Position numbers and translations under genes: made by a program. This document shows positions 10,045-19,516 of a stretch of 64,000 nucleotides of DNA, piece by piece (within the stretch, counting starts at the first letter, position 1; every line of letters begins with the position of its first letter). The stretch is from Thermodesulfovibrionia bacterium (GTDB lineage Bacteria > Nitrospirota > Thermodesulfovibrionia > UBA6902): positions 7,241 through 71,240 of the forward strand of contig CAMYND010000009.1 of NCBI GenBank assembly GCA_947259645.1, given 5' to 3'. The notes below the pieces were generated by a model, which was not told the origin of the DNA, searched no databases, and was given only the letters and a program-made list of their open reading frames with translations.

Positions 10045-11034
10045 TCAACCGTTCGGTATGCCGTGGCCTGAGGTGGTCGACAGAACAACATCCAGGCAGA
10101 GTGCCGGTGTCAGCTCGTTCTTATAGTTATTAATGAAATGAGATACTTCCGCATCTATTTTAATGTCCATTGAGTTTGCAAAAAAAGTCTTGTCATGGAC
10201 CCCGGGGAAACGGTGTGATGCCATTTCGATTTCCGGATCTATCGGCATGTGACAGTCCTGACATCTCTTATCGCCGCCCAGATTGGTTTTGTAGTTTTCC
10301 AGATAACTTGTATAGAGAGTGCGGCATTGCCAGAAGGGCACGCTGTCAGGGCATCCGTGATGACACCTGGCGCAGTACTTGGATTTCTTCAGGAACTCTG
10401 ACTTGAGGGTCTGGTTAATGCCCTTTACATTTTCTCTATGGTTACTCTGGTCAACTTCTCCCGACGGTCCATAGATAGCATCTGCATGAGGTTTATTGGC
10501 CCAGTATCCGTCCTGTAATGCGAACATGTTATGGCATCCATAGCAGCCAAGGTTCAGTTTTGAAAGCTCCTTTTTCGCAGCTTCCCTTTTGCCTTTGTCC
10601 GGGTTATCAACGGATTCAATGATCTTATCAGTGATCTCCGCGACAAGCTCATCAGTAGCGTGTTTTATTCGGGGCTCGTGGCACCAGAGACAGTGGCTCT
10701 TGATGGACATCTTGGTCAGCTTCGATCCATCCCAGTCCGGTTTTGTTTCTTTTTCCAGTCCCTGTTTGATAAAGGTCCGCCATGTCTGCAGAACCCTCTC
10801 TGTGCTGAAAGCGTGGGATTTTCCTGATTGCTTCCACTGTTCATAAATTTCTTCATGACATTCACCGCACTGTTCCGAATTATACAGAGCCGCCATTTCG
10901 TCAATAGTAGAAACCAGTGGCACATTGTCAGGCACTGTCGGGCCATGTGCGCGGGTCATTGATCCTGTAGCATGGGCTGACAGTGGCACAAGAACGAGTG
11001 AGATGAACATGCATGTTGTCAACAAAAATCTCAT
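10045..11034 (-). CDS. periplasmic multiheme c-type cytochrome (5 CxxCH)
   Basis: Signal peptide. Heme-binding motifs CGECH, CLWCH, CYGCH, CARCH and CQDCH. Confidence 0.8.
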   Translation of the reverse strand: MRFLLTTCMFISLVLVPLSAHATGSMTRAHGPTVPDNVPLVSTIDEMAALYNSEQCGECHEEIYEQWKQSGKSHAFSTERVLQTWRTFIKQGLEKETKPDWDGSKLTKMSIKSHCLWCHEPRIKHATDELVAEITDKIIESVDNPDKGKREAAKKELSKLNLGCYGCHNMFALQDGYWANKPHADAIYGPSGEVDQSNHRENVKGINQTLKSEFLKKSKYCARCHHGCPDSVPFWQCRTLYTSYLENYKTNLGGDKRCQDCHMPIDPEIEMASHRFPGVHDKTFFANSMDIKIDAEVSHFINNYKNELTPALCLDVVLSTTSGHGIPNG

Positions 11035-11354
11035 ACAATCCTCCTTTTAATTTTTTTATTTGATACCTGCGGAATATATATGTCTCTTGAGGAAACTATG
11101 TTAGCAGGTGGAATTGTTATAGAATTATAAAAGTTACACATTATATCGCAATAAAAGGGGTATCTGCAAGGCAATATTCGTAATACTGAAATTAGTATAG
11201 TTTATCAATGCAGGAGCAGATATCAGATCTTTACCAAACTCTTTTAACACAGGTAACCTGAAAAGCTCATGACAGCAAAGGAAAACATTGCAGCCACATC
11301 AATATATCTGTTACATTTAAGTACTCAAAAAGAAACAGGATATCATAACTCTCT

Positions 11355-13376
11355 TTGAATCAATTGGAATTAATAACATATATATCAATAAATATATTCC
11401 TCTTTTCTTCCTGGTACGTTCTGCTGTTCAACGTGAGAGACAACCTTTCCTTCGTTGACCGGTTGATCGGGACATTTATATGCGGCTTGACTCAGATCAT
11501 AGCAACTCAAATGATGCTCGGGGTAGTATTCAGGTGGCTTTATCCTGCACCGCTCTTCATTCTTAACCTGTTATTATCAGCAGGAGTTATGTTCATTGCT
11601 TTCCGGTTCGGGAACAACAAAGGTATGTTCACGGAAATTCGGAATGCATTTGTCAGAATTTCAGGAATAATCATCAAAGACAAGGCACTGCTCTGTATAT
11701 TTTGCATGTTCGTTCTCTTATTCTGCTGGCTTGTCCTTACGGGTTACCTTTTTCCCTCCTATTCATGGGATGCCCTCTATTATCATCTCCCCATGGTCGG
11801 CCAGATTATGCAAAGCGGTGCTATCCAGGAACATTCCAACCCCTCATTTATTCAGCAGTATATGAATATCTTCTCAAAAAATATTAACCTTTTTTTCCTC
11901 TGGAATATCATATTTCTTAAAAGCGACAGAATAGTGGACCTGAGCCAGCTCTTTTTTGTCATCGCGGGAGTCCTTTCGATCTATAGCATGGCAATTAAGA
12001 TGAAAATACGGGAACAATACGCGCTGTACTGTTGTCTTCTTTTTTTCTTTACCCCTGTTCTTGTTCTGCAGGCAACAACAAATTATGTTGATGCTGCAGT
12101 CTCTATGCTTTTCCTTATCGCGGTTAACTTTCTGATATTTGACGAGCAAGGAAATAATACGGGAAAAAGCAGGGAATCGTTCCTGTTCGATGAGGGGAGA
12201 ATATCAGTTTTGTTGTCCGGGCTGGCAGGGGGGATATTGCTTGGGTCAAAGCCGACAGGGCCGTTTTATATTGTTGTTCTGTTCCTGGCGGTCTTTATCA
12301 GGGAAATGATGCAGCAGCGCGGACAATTTAGCTCTGCCTCCCCCGGTAAGGGCAATCTGATGATAAAGGGACTGCAGACGTATTTCTTTTGCTTTGTTCT
12401 GCCTGTTGTTCTCGGGGGAGGTTACTGGTATTTGAGGAACTGGATAGTTTACGGAAACCCGGTATATTACGTGGATGTGTCTATATTTAATGTTTCGATT
12501 TTTAAGGGCTTAGAAAAAAACTGGGTTGAGGCTGCTCCTCAAGCTATCGAGAACTTGAATTATGCAACAAGGCTTGTTCATGTATGGCTTGAGCGGGTCG
12601 GATATTACATGTATGACTCAAAGTTTAGCGGGTTTGGCCCTTTATGGTTTATTCTTTTTTTGCCAAGCATTCTATTTTCAGTGATCTATGGTGTTGCAAA
12701 AAAGAAAAATAATTTACTGTTTGTAATATTCGTGTTTCTTGTAGCTTTTGCCCTGTATCCACGAAACTGGATAACGAGGTACGTTATTTTTATTGTCGGT
12801 ATGGGGGCTCTCTCGTTCGGAATTGTACTGGAGTACTTTCATGAAAGAGAAAAGGGACTTAAATGTATTGCCCTGCTCCTGGCCGGATATGCCTTTATGA
12901 CAGCCAACTCCCCCTGCGTAATGCCCGGAAAAGTAAAGGAATTTATCTCTCTGCCTGCTGACGAGCGAACGCTGGCGAATCATAAGCCATTTAATATCGA
13001 TATCAAGGTCCGCCGGGAGTACGGGTACTGGATATGGATAAAGAACAATGTACTGAAAGGCGACACACTGGCATACACTTTTGAGACCTTTAAAATAGAG
13101 GCATTAAAGCCGGTCTTTACCGCCCCCCTCTGGAACAGTGAATTTTCAAACAAGGTCGTCTACCTGAAAAATGAAACATACAGTGAATGGGTGAAGGCAC
13201 TGACTATGGCTCAGGCTTCATATATTTTAATCAGAACAGGTTCCGCTGAAGATGTCTGGGTCGAAAAAGAAAGAAAAATTTATTACTCTCTGAGCTGGAT
13301 GGGCGGCCTGGTAGAAAAGTATAAAATTTTATATGCAGATGAACACTACAAAATAGTGCAGTTTAACAAAGGATAG
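11355..13376 (+). CDS. polytopic membrane protein, GT-C-like glycosyltransferase (ArnT/PMT family-like); start codon uncertain (TTG or an internal ATG)
   Basis: About 12 predicted TM segments in the N-terminal two-thirds and a soluble C-terminal domain. This is the GT-C (GT39/GT83) architecture. No catalytic motif confirmed. Confidence 0.35.
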   Translation: MNQLELITYISINIFLFSSWYVLLFNVRDNLSFVDRLIGTFICGLTQIIATQMMLGVVFRWLYPAPLFILNLLLSAGVMFIAFRFGNNKGMFTEIRNAFVRISGIIIKDKALLCIFCMFVLLFCWLVLTGYLFPSYSWDALYYHLPMVGQIMQSGAIQEHSNPSFIQQYMNIFSKNINLFFLWNIIFLKSDRIVDLSQLFFVIAGVLSIYSMAIKMKIREQYALYCCLLFFFTPVLVLQATTNYVDAAVSMLFLIAVNFLIFDEQGNNTGKSRESFLFDEGRISVLLSGLAGGILLGSKPTGPFYIVVLFLAVFIREMMQQRGQFSSASPGKGNLMIKGLQTYFFCFVLPVVLGGGYWYLRNWIVYGNPVYYVDVSIFNVSIFKGLEKNWVEAAPQAIENLNYATRLVHVWLERVGYYMYDSKFSGFGPLWFILFLPSILFSVIYGVAKKKNNLLFVIFVFLVAFALYPRNWITRYVIFIVGMGALSFGIVLEYFHEREKGLKCIALLLAGYAFMTANSPCVMPGKVKEFISLPADERTLANHKPFNIDIKVRREYGYWIWIKNNVLKGDTLAYTFETFKIEALKPVFTAPLWNSEFSNKVVYLKNETYSEWVKALTMAQASYILIRTGSAEDVWVEKERKIYYSLSWMGGLVEKYKILYADEHYKIVQFNKG

Positions 13377-13379
13377 CAG

Positions 13380-13553
13380 ATGACTGATAAAGGCAAAAAA
13401 GAGTTGTTCTTCTCTCTATACATACTCAGTGTGCTGATATTGGCTCTTATCTACTTCACCGTACCTGAGAGGAAGGAGTTTCTGGAGTTTCAGTCCAGGT
13501 GGTGGAAAGAGTTCTGGTCGGTTCTTGTGTCATTATTTGATTAAACAGATGGC
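13380..13553 (+). CDS. small membrane protein (57 aa), hypothetical
   Basis: ATG immediately after the preceding stop. Hydrophobic core LYILSVLILALIYF. Not in the supplied ORF track (under 60 aa). Confidence 0.2.
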
Positions 13554-13683
13554 TGAATTTGTGGCATGCGGTATGACATGCTGTGCAAGTATAGTATTTT
13601 TAAATAAATTGATTAGCTGATTGACTTTAAAAGACCGGTTGTTTGATAATCAGGCTTTATTATTTTGAATTAGGGATGCAGAT

Positions 13684-15108
13684 ATGAAATCTCAAAAAGC
13701 ATTATTCATTGTTCCTCCAACAGGCCTGTTTTACCGGGATGACCGCTGTCAGGTTTCCTTAAAGGGCGTGTCAAACGCTCCCCGGCCTCCTCTGGATCTG
13801 GCCTATATGTCAGCAGTCCTCGAGGAAAAGGGTGTTGAGTGCAGAATGCGGGACTATCCCGTTGAAAACGGAACATGGCAGGATGTTAAAGCGGATATTG
13901 CCGGTTTCGCGCCCTCAATGCTTATCATTTATACAACGATCACATCTGTGAAGGAAGACCTGCGTGCCTGCAAGATTGCCAAAGACATTGATGCCGGAAT
14001 TATCACGATTGCAAAGGGCGGTGACACGACAATCCGTCCGAATGAACGCCTTGAGCTTTGTGAGCAGCTCGATATTGCGATAGTCGGTGAACCAGAGATG
14101 ACACTTCTTGAAATAGCAGAGGGCAGGGACCTGAAAGATATCGATGGTATCTGTTACCGGGATAATGGGGAAATAATGAACACCCCCAAGAGGCAGTTTC
14201 TCGAAGACATTGACAGTTTGCCATTCCCTTCACGGCACCTTCTGGACCAAAGCAAATACCTCAGGCCTGACACCGGTGAAGTACAGACTACAATTCAGTC
14301 AAGCCGGGGCTGCCCGTCCAAGTGCATCTATTGTCTCAGCAGGGTTGTTGCGGGTCCTGATTTGAGGCTCCGTTCTCCCAGAAACGTGGTGGATGAGCTT
14401 GAACACTGCGTGAAAGAGCACAACATTAGAAATTTTTTCTTCAGGGCGGACACATTTACCTGGGACAAGGAGTGGGTCCTGACCGTGTGCGCTGAAATCA
14501 TGAGAAGGAACCTTGATATCCAGTGGGTGGCAAACAGCAGAGCGGACACGATTGATAATGACAGGCTTGTCTGGATGAAGAAAGCGGGATGCTGGCTGGT
14601 ATCTTTTGGCGTAGAAAGCGGTAACCAGGAAATTCTTGACCTGACCAAGAAGGGGATTACCCTTGAACAGTCAAGAGAGGCCCTGAGGCTGGCGAAAAGA
14701 AACGGGTTGAAGACCTTTACGACATATCTTATCGGGATGCCCTGGGACACGAAAGAAACAATTATGCAGACGTTTGATTTTGCCAGGGAAATAGACAGTG
14801 ATTTCTTTGAGGTCATCCTGCCATATCCTTTTCCCGGGACAACATACTATGAAATAGCAAAGCGGGACAACCTGATACTGGACGGTGTGTATGATACAAT
14901 GTATGACCATTTCAGATCTTTTGTCAAAACCTACCATCTTTCAGCAGATGAACTGACTGACCTGAAAAAGAAATCCTTCTGGTACTTATACGCACGGCCC
15001 AAATATGTGAAGAAAATAATTGCTCAATGCGATTCCCCGCGGGCATTTATGAATTATCTCTCCTTCGGCGTAAACAAGATGAAGGCCCATTTCGCCTCTT
15101 CCCAATAG
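13684..15108 (+). CDS. B12-binding domain / radical SAM domain protein
   Basis: N-terminal cobalamin-binding-like Rossmann region. Radical SAM cluster motif CPSKCIYC (CxxxCxxC). Confidence 0.75.
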   Translation: MKSQKALFIVPPTGLFYRDDRCQVSLKGVSNAPRPPLDLAYMSAVLEEKGVECRMRDYPVENGTWQDVKADIAGFAPSMLIIYTTITSVKEDLRACKIAKDIDAGIITIAKGGDTTIRPNERLELCEQLDIAIVGEPEMTLLEIAEGRDLKDIDGICYRDNGEIMNTPKRQFLEDIDSLPFPSRHLLDQSKYLRPDTGEVQTTIQSSRGCPSKCIYCLSRVVAGPDLRLRSPRNVVDELEHCVKEHNIRNFFFRADTFTWDKEWVLTVCAEIMRRNLDIQWVANSRADTIDNDRLVWMKKAGCWLVSFGVESGNQEILDLTKKGITLEQSREALRLAKRNGLKTFTTYLIGMPWDTKETIMQTFDFAREIDSDFFEVILPYPFPGTTYYEIAKRDNLILDGVYDTMYDHFRSFVKTYHLSADELTDLKKKSFWYLYARPKYVKKIIAQCDSPRAFMNYLSFGVNKMKAHFASSQ

Positions 15109-15218
15109 CTGTACTGAACCGCAGGTTTTCCGGGCTGACCTCTCATGATTAAAAACCATATTCCGCGAAACTGTTTGCACGGAGCTTTTTTATTGTATAA
15201 TGAGAAAAGGAGTGAAAT

Positions 15219-15638
15219 ATGAAAACAAAAATTACATTGCTCTGTGGAATGGCCATTGCGTTTATCGTCTCTTCGTGTGCTTCCCAGCGCCCGGTATTAT
15301 ATCCCGATGCGTATTTAATGGATGTCGGGGAGGAAACAGCACAGCAGGATGTTGATGCCTGTATTCGTCTTGCCTATGACCATGGCGCCGCGGAACAGCA
15401 GGGCGGAAAGGTTGCCAGGGACACAGCGGAAAGCGCTGTTGTCGGTGGCGCAACAGGGGCTGTTGTGGGTGCCGTAATCGGCAGTGGAAGCAAAGGTGCG
15501 GCTGCAGGAGCGGCAGGAGGCGGTGTAGCAACTCTCACACGCGGCCTTTTCCGTTCACGAGAGGCAGACCCCCTTTTCAGAAGTTTTGTAGATCGCTGTT
15601 TACGTGAACGAGGATACACACCCATCGGCTGGCGTTAA
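15219..15638 (+). CDS. glycine-zipper outer-membrane lipoprotein (SlyB/Pcp-like)
   Basis: Lipobox VSSC. Gly-rich GGATGAVVGAVIGSGSKGAAAGAAGGG zipper segment. Confidence 0.55.
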   Translation: MKTKITLLCGMAIAFIVSSCASQRPVLYPDAYLMDVGEETAQQDVDACIRLAYDHGAAEQQGGKVARDTAESAVVGGATGAVVGAVIGSGSKGAAAGAAGGGVATLTRGLFRSREADPLFRSFVDRCLRERGYTPIGWR

Positions 15639-15664
15639 ATGGCGGAGTTCAGGGAGATAAACTC

Positions 15665-16003
15665 ATGAGACAGCGCCGCCCATTTCGTGTCGGGAAAAAG
15701 AGTTCCTCGGAAAAGAGTGATGCACGGACTGTTGAAGAGATTGTAAAAGACCTCAAACCGCGGGACCATTTCAATGATTACAGGAAACAGTCTTTAAAGC
15801 TACATGGCCTTGTCTGTGCGAAGTGTGGACGGGAGTTTGATCTTGCTGATCAGCACCTCCTGACTGTTCACCACAGGGACGGCAACCATATGAACAACCC
15901 TCCGGACGGTTCAAACTGGGAAAATCTCTGTGTCTATTGCCATGATGATGAACACAGCAGAGGCCTCCTTGGAGACTATATCAATAAAGGACCGGGTAAA
16001 TAA
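15665..16003 (+). CDS. yajD: HNH nuclease family protein YajD
   Basis: CAKCGREF...LTVHHRDGNHMNNPPDGSNWENLCVYCHDDEHS closely matches E. coli YajD, including the HNH and zinc-finger residues. Confidence 0.75.
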   Translation: MRQRRPFRVGKKSSSEKSDARTVEEIVKDLKPRDHFNDYRKQSLKLHGLVCAKCGREFDLADQHLLTVHHRDGNHMNNPPDGSNWENLCVYCHDDEHSRGLLGDYINKGPGK

Positions 16004-16177
16004 CGTGGTTTTGCTCAATTCAGCGGAATGAACTGAACATATTGATCAATCTGTGCCGCAGTATTGCGGATATGAAGCTGCGTTCTGTTTCTCATCCTTG
16101 AAAATATAACCGAGCGAGGTTAATATAATGAGAATTCACCCGGAAAAAAGAGGGAAGAGGAGATAGCATACTGAAAC

Positions 16178-16759
16178 ATGTACCTTTTTTTTGACACTGA
16201 AACAACCGGTCTGCCGAAAAACTGGAAGGCTCCGCTCACAGATCTCGCTAATTGGCCCCGTTTGGTCCAGATTGCCTGGCTGCAGTATGACAGCACGGGC
16301 ACGAGGATTGTGGAGAGAGACTATATCATTAAACCTCAGGGGTTTACCATTCCCCCTGATGCCTCCCGGATTCACGGAATAACCACTGAGAGGGCCATTG
16401 AAGAAGGTGTTGCATTGAGAGATGTTCTTGAAGAATTTTCAGGGCTTATAGATCAATCAAACGTGCTGGTAGCACATAATATAAGCTTTGATGAAAAAAT
16501 TGTCGGCGCTGAATTTCTCCGGGAAAATATGGAAAACAGACTGCTTCAGGCCGACAAAATCTGTACAATGGATGTGTCGACTGACTATTGCAAGCTGCCG
16601 GGAAAATATGGGTATAAATGGCCGAAGCTGTCTGAACTTCATTTTAAACTCTTTAATGCTGACTTTGAAGAGGCCCATAATGCGAGTGTTGACATTGATG
16701 CCTGCGCAAAGTGTTTCTGGGAATTGAAAGACAGGGGAATTATCCAGACAGGCATGTAG
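16178..16759 (+). CDS. DEDD-family 3'-5' exonuclease (DnaQ/epsilon-like domain protein)
   Basis: Exo I motif FFDTETTGL. The Exo III H-x4-D region (HNASVDIDA) is near the C-terminus. Confidence 0.7.
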   Translation: MYLFFDTETTGLPKNWKAPLTDLANWPRLVQIAWLQYDSTGTRIVERDYIIKPQGFTIPPDASRIHGITTERAIEEGVALRDVLEEFSGLIDQSNVLVAHNISFDEKIVGAEFLRENMENRLLQADKICTMDVSTDYCKLPGKYGYKWPKLSELHFKLFNADFEEAHNASVDIDACAKCFWELKDRGIIQTGM

Positions 16760-16789
16760 GGTGGCGTTCCTTAACAGCGGGCCCTCATT

Positions 16790-17716
16790 ATGAAAAATAA
16801 CTGTGCTTCGAAAAAGAGCGGGGGGTTACGCAAAAAAAGATCCGCCCGTAAAGTCCTGTCCATTTCCGAGTTTCACCGTGTTGTGAAAAAAAAGGGGCTA
16901 TCTCCTGAAACTGCCTCTCATTTCCAGAATATTATTTACCAGTATTACGAGACAAACGCCCGGGACAGTCTCCCCTGGCGCCACACAAAAGACCCCTACC
17001 ATATCCTTATCTCGGAAGTAATGCTCCAGCAAACACAGGTAGAAAGAGTGCTTCAGAAGTACCAGGAGTTTATCGCTGCCTTTCCTGATATCCATTCCCT
17101 TGCTGCAGCGCCGCTGAGAAAAATACTTTCTCTCTGGCAGGGGATGGGATATAACCGGCGGGCAATGGCACTGAAAAGGACAGCTGAAATTGTTGTGAAT
17201 CAATGCAAGGATGGCAGGCTTCCATCGGATGTTGATGCACTTATGGAGTTGCCCGGTGTCGGCAGGGCAACCGCATCAGCTGTTGCGGCCTTTGGATTTC
17301 AATGCCCCGTTGTGTTTATTGAAACAAATATACGGAGAGTCTTTATACATTTCTTTTTTCACGAACGGCAGAATATCAGGGACAGTGAAATTTTGCCCTT
17401 AATCGAAAAAACTTTGGACAGGGATGACCCCCGCTCCTGGTATTATGCTTTAATGGATTATGGGTCCATGCTGAAAAAAACAGAATCCAATCCCAATCGG
17501 AGAAGTGCCCATTATTCCAGGCAGTCGAGCTTTCACGGTTCAAACAGGCAGGTTCGCGGATTGATTTTAAAACTGCTCATCGAACAACCGGATATCTCCG
17601 GAACTTCCATCGTAAGCTGCCTGGATGCTGAACCGCACAAGGTTAAAGCTATGCTTCAGGAGCTGGAAAAAGAGGGGTTTTTAAAAAAAAACCAAAAGGG
17701 CTACAGAATCACCTGA
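16790..17716 (+). CDS. HhH-GPD base-excision DNA glycosylase (MutY/Nth-family N-terminal fold), apparently without the 4Fe-4S cluster loop
   Basis: LPWRHTKDPYHILISEVMLQQTQV...WQGMGYNRRA...LPGVGRATASAV is the HhH-GPD signature. No CX6CX2CX5C motif found. Confidence 0.6.
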   Translation: MKNNCASKKSGGLRKKRSARKVLSISEFHRVVKKKGLSPETASHFQNIIYQYYETNARDSLPWRHTKDPYHILISEVMLQQTQVERVLQKYQEFIAAFPDIHSLAAAPLRKILSLWQGMGYNRRAMALKRTAEIVVNQCKDGRLPSDVDALMELPGVGRATASAVAAFGFQCPVVFIETNIRRVFIHFFFHERQNIRDSEILPLIEKTLDRDDPRSWYYALMDYGSMLKKTESNPNRRSAHYSRQSSFHGSNRQVRGLILKLLIEQPDISGTSIVSCLDAEPHKVKAMLQELEKEGFLKKNQKGYRIT

Positions 17717-17943
17717 GTGATCATCAGAGTTCCCAGACGCCTGGATGCGGGCTGCGCAGGCATCTTTATCAAAAGGGCAACCTGATCAATCTGGCAGGGA
17801 GATTATTGACATGAAGATAAATCTGCTTTATCGTATAACCAGCCCGGTTGTTTGACTAGAGGCCTGTCTGTGGTTTATAAAAACATCGTGAAACAGATAG
17901 TTCCGGGACGGTTATTATTACAGAACAGAGTCAGAGGAGAGAT

Positions 17944-18966
17944 ATGAATATGAAAAAAGCAGTCTGTTTGATCATCGGTATTTTTGTTTTCATCAGCTAC
18001 AGTTTCCCGGCCCATGCTGATGAAATAATTCTGGATAATGGTGACAGGATCAGCGGAACCGTAATCAACGCAAATGAAGTCCGCCTTACAATTGAGACCG
18101 GATATTCGGATCCTGTGAGCATTCAGCGAAGTAAAATAAAAAGGTTAAATACTGTTAACCCGGTTTCTGTGCATCTTTTAAGTGGTGAAATCCTCAAGGG
18201 CAGACTGAGTACGGATGCGGGCGGAAGTATTATTGTACAGTCAAGTGCTGACAGGGCTGATACAGCTGTTGCGTGGGAGAATGTATCGGCACTGAACCCT
18301 CCAGCGATCGAGCCGGTAAAGTGGAAGGGGAGTATTGCAGCGGGAGCCAACCTGCAGTCAGGAAATACTTCGCGTACAGCGGGATCGCTGAGCGCTGATG
18401 GTACACGCAAAACAGATCAGGACAGGTACAATCTGCGTTTCCAGTTTAACTATGCTGAGGAGGATGGTGAAAAGACTGTCAGGAACACATACGGGGCTTT
18501 GAAATATGATTATTTTTTAACGGAAAAACTGTACAGTTATTTGAGTATTGAGCTTCTGTCGGATGAATTCAAAGACCTCAACCTGCGTACAATAGTCGGG
18601 CCGGGCATCGGTTACCAGTACTGGGATGATTCTGTGAAGTTCCTTAATTTTGAGGCAGGGCTGGCCTATTTCTCAGAGGACCTTGATGAGGGAGTTGACG
18701 ACCAGTGGCTGTCATGCAGATTTGCAAGTACCTTTAAATGGAACATTACGGATTCAGTCTCTTTTTCGGATTATTTCGCGATCTACCCGAACTGCGAGGA
18801 CTTTGATAAATACCAGATACGTAATGAAGCAGGTCTGAATGTTGCGCTGGCATCGGACTGGTCCTTGAAACTGACGAATATTATTGAACACGACAGCAAA
18901 CCTCCCGTTACTGTGGAGAAGACTGATGTCTACTGGGTACTGGGCCTGCAGTATTCATTTTATTAA
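17944..18966 (+). CDS. outer-membrane protein, DUF481 (YdiY-like)
   Basis: Signal peptide. N-terminal DxIxLxNGDRISG repeats. C-terminal beta-rich region ending in aromatic residues. Confidence 0.4.
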   Translation: MNMKKAVCLIIGIFVFISYSFPAHADEIILDNGDRISGTVINANEVRLTIETGYSDPVSIQRSKIKRLNTVNPVSVHLLSGEILKGRLSTDAGGSIIVQSSADRADTAVAWENVSALNPPAIEPVKWKGSIAAGANLQSGNTSRTAGSLSADGTRKTDQDRYNLRFQFNYAEEDGEKTVRNTYGALKYDYFLTEKLYSYLSIELLSDEFKDLNLRTIVGPGIGYQYWDDSVKFLNFEAGLAYFSEDLDEGVDDQWLSCRFASTFKWNITDSVSFSDYFAIYPNCEDFDKYQIRNEAGLNVALASDWSLKLTNIIEHDSKPPVTVEKTDVYWVLGLQYSFY

Positions 18967-19063
18967 CAAAGACGAAAGGCGGTATTTCCTGTGTTGGTTA
19001 TAAGGTGTCTGGCCAGCCGGAGCAGCATCAGGAAATCTTAATGCTAAAAAGAAAGTGCAGATT

Positions 19064-19441
19064 ATGAAAGAAAAAGAGTTCCCCTGGGGGAAACTCCTGA
19101 GCCATGCCATTGAAAAGGCCAGGAGAGAAGAAAAGCTTATCTTTGCTTATTTTTACCGAAGGAGCTGAGAAGCCTGCAGGAGAATGGAAACAGGTACGTT
19201 TCCTAACGTTGAACTGCAGGAATATATTGAAAACCACTTTGTGCCCGTGAAATACATATCAGGTCCTGATGCCGATCAATTTTCCCGGTTCGCAGTCTCA
19301 GCAGAGCCCGCATTTATTGTGCTGGACAGCGAAGGAAATGAAGTGTATCGAAAGATAGGTTTCTTTGAAGCTGATCTGCTGATCAGTCAGCTTGAGAAAG
19401 CCCGAAAAAAGGCCGCCCACAGGGCCGGCAGTAATCTATAG
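19064..19441 (+). CDS. candidate thioredoxin-fold selenoprotein (UxxC redox motif); in-frame TGA at 19166-19168 read as Sec
   Basis: The ORF 19064-19165 (MKEKEFPWGKLLSHAIEKARREEKLIFAYFYRRS) and the track ORF 19184-19441 are in the same frame, split by one TGA. The joined sequence ...S-U-EACRRMETGTFPNVELQEYIENHFVPVKY mirrors the thioredoxin-like WCxxCxxME...TF...VPVK region, with Sec replacing the first Cys. A hairpin GGAAAC-AGGUAC-GUUUCC (19186-19203), flanked by a CUGCAG/CUGCAG lower stem, lies about 20 nt 3' of the UGA. Its apical loop contains GGU, as in a bacterial SECIS. Confidence 0.55.
19173..19218 (+). ncRNA. putative bacterial SECIS element (cis-acting mRNA structure)
   Basis: Lower stem CUGCAG (19173-19178) pairs with CUGCAG (19213-19218). 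Upper stem GGAAAC/GUUUCC carries the apical loop AGGUAC. It begins 5 nt after the UGA at 19166, and the apical GGU is about 25 nt downstream. Confidence 0.45.
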
Positions 19442-19516
19442 GTGCTAAATAAACCCTGTGTCGCATTATTTTGGCTAGAATTGCTATTATGTAAAGAAAA
19501 GTGAAGGAGGTGGAGG

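Noticed and set aside
19184-19441. Track ORF of 85 aa treated as an independent gene
   Set aside because: Its ATG is internal to a longer in-frame reading that resumes immediately after a single TGA. The thioredoxin-like motif spans the TGA, so the Sec read-through model is preferred. A pseudogene remains the alternative.
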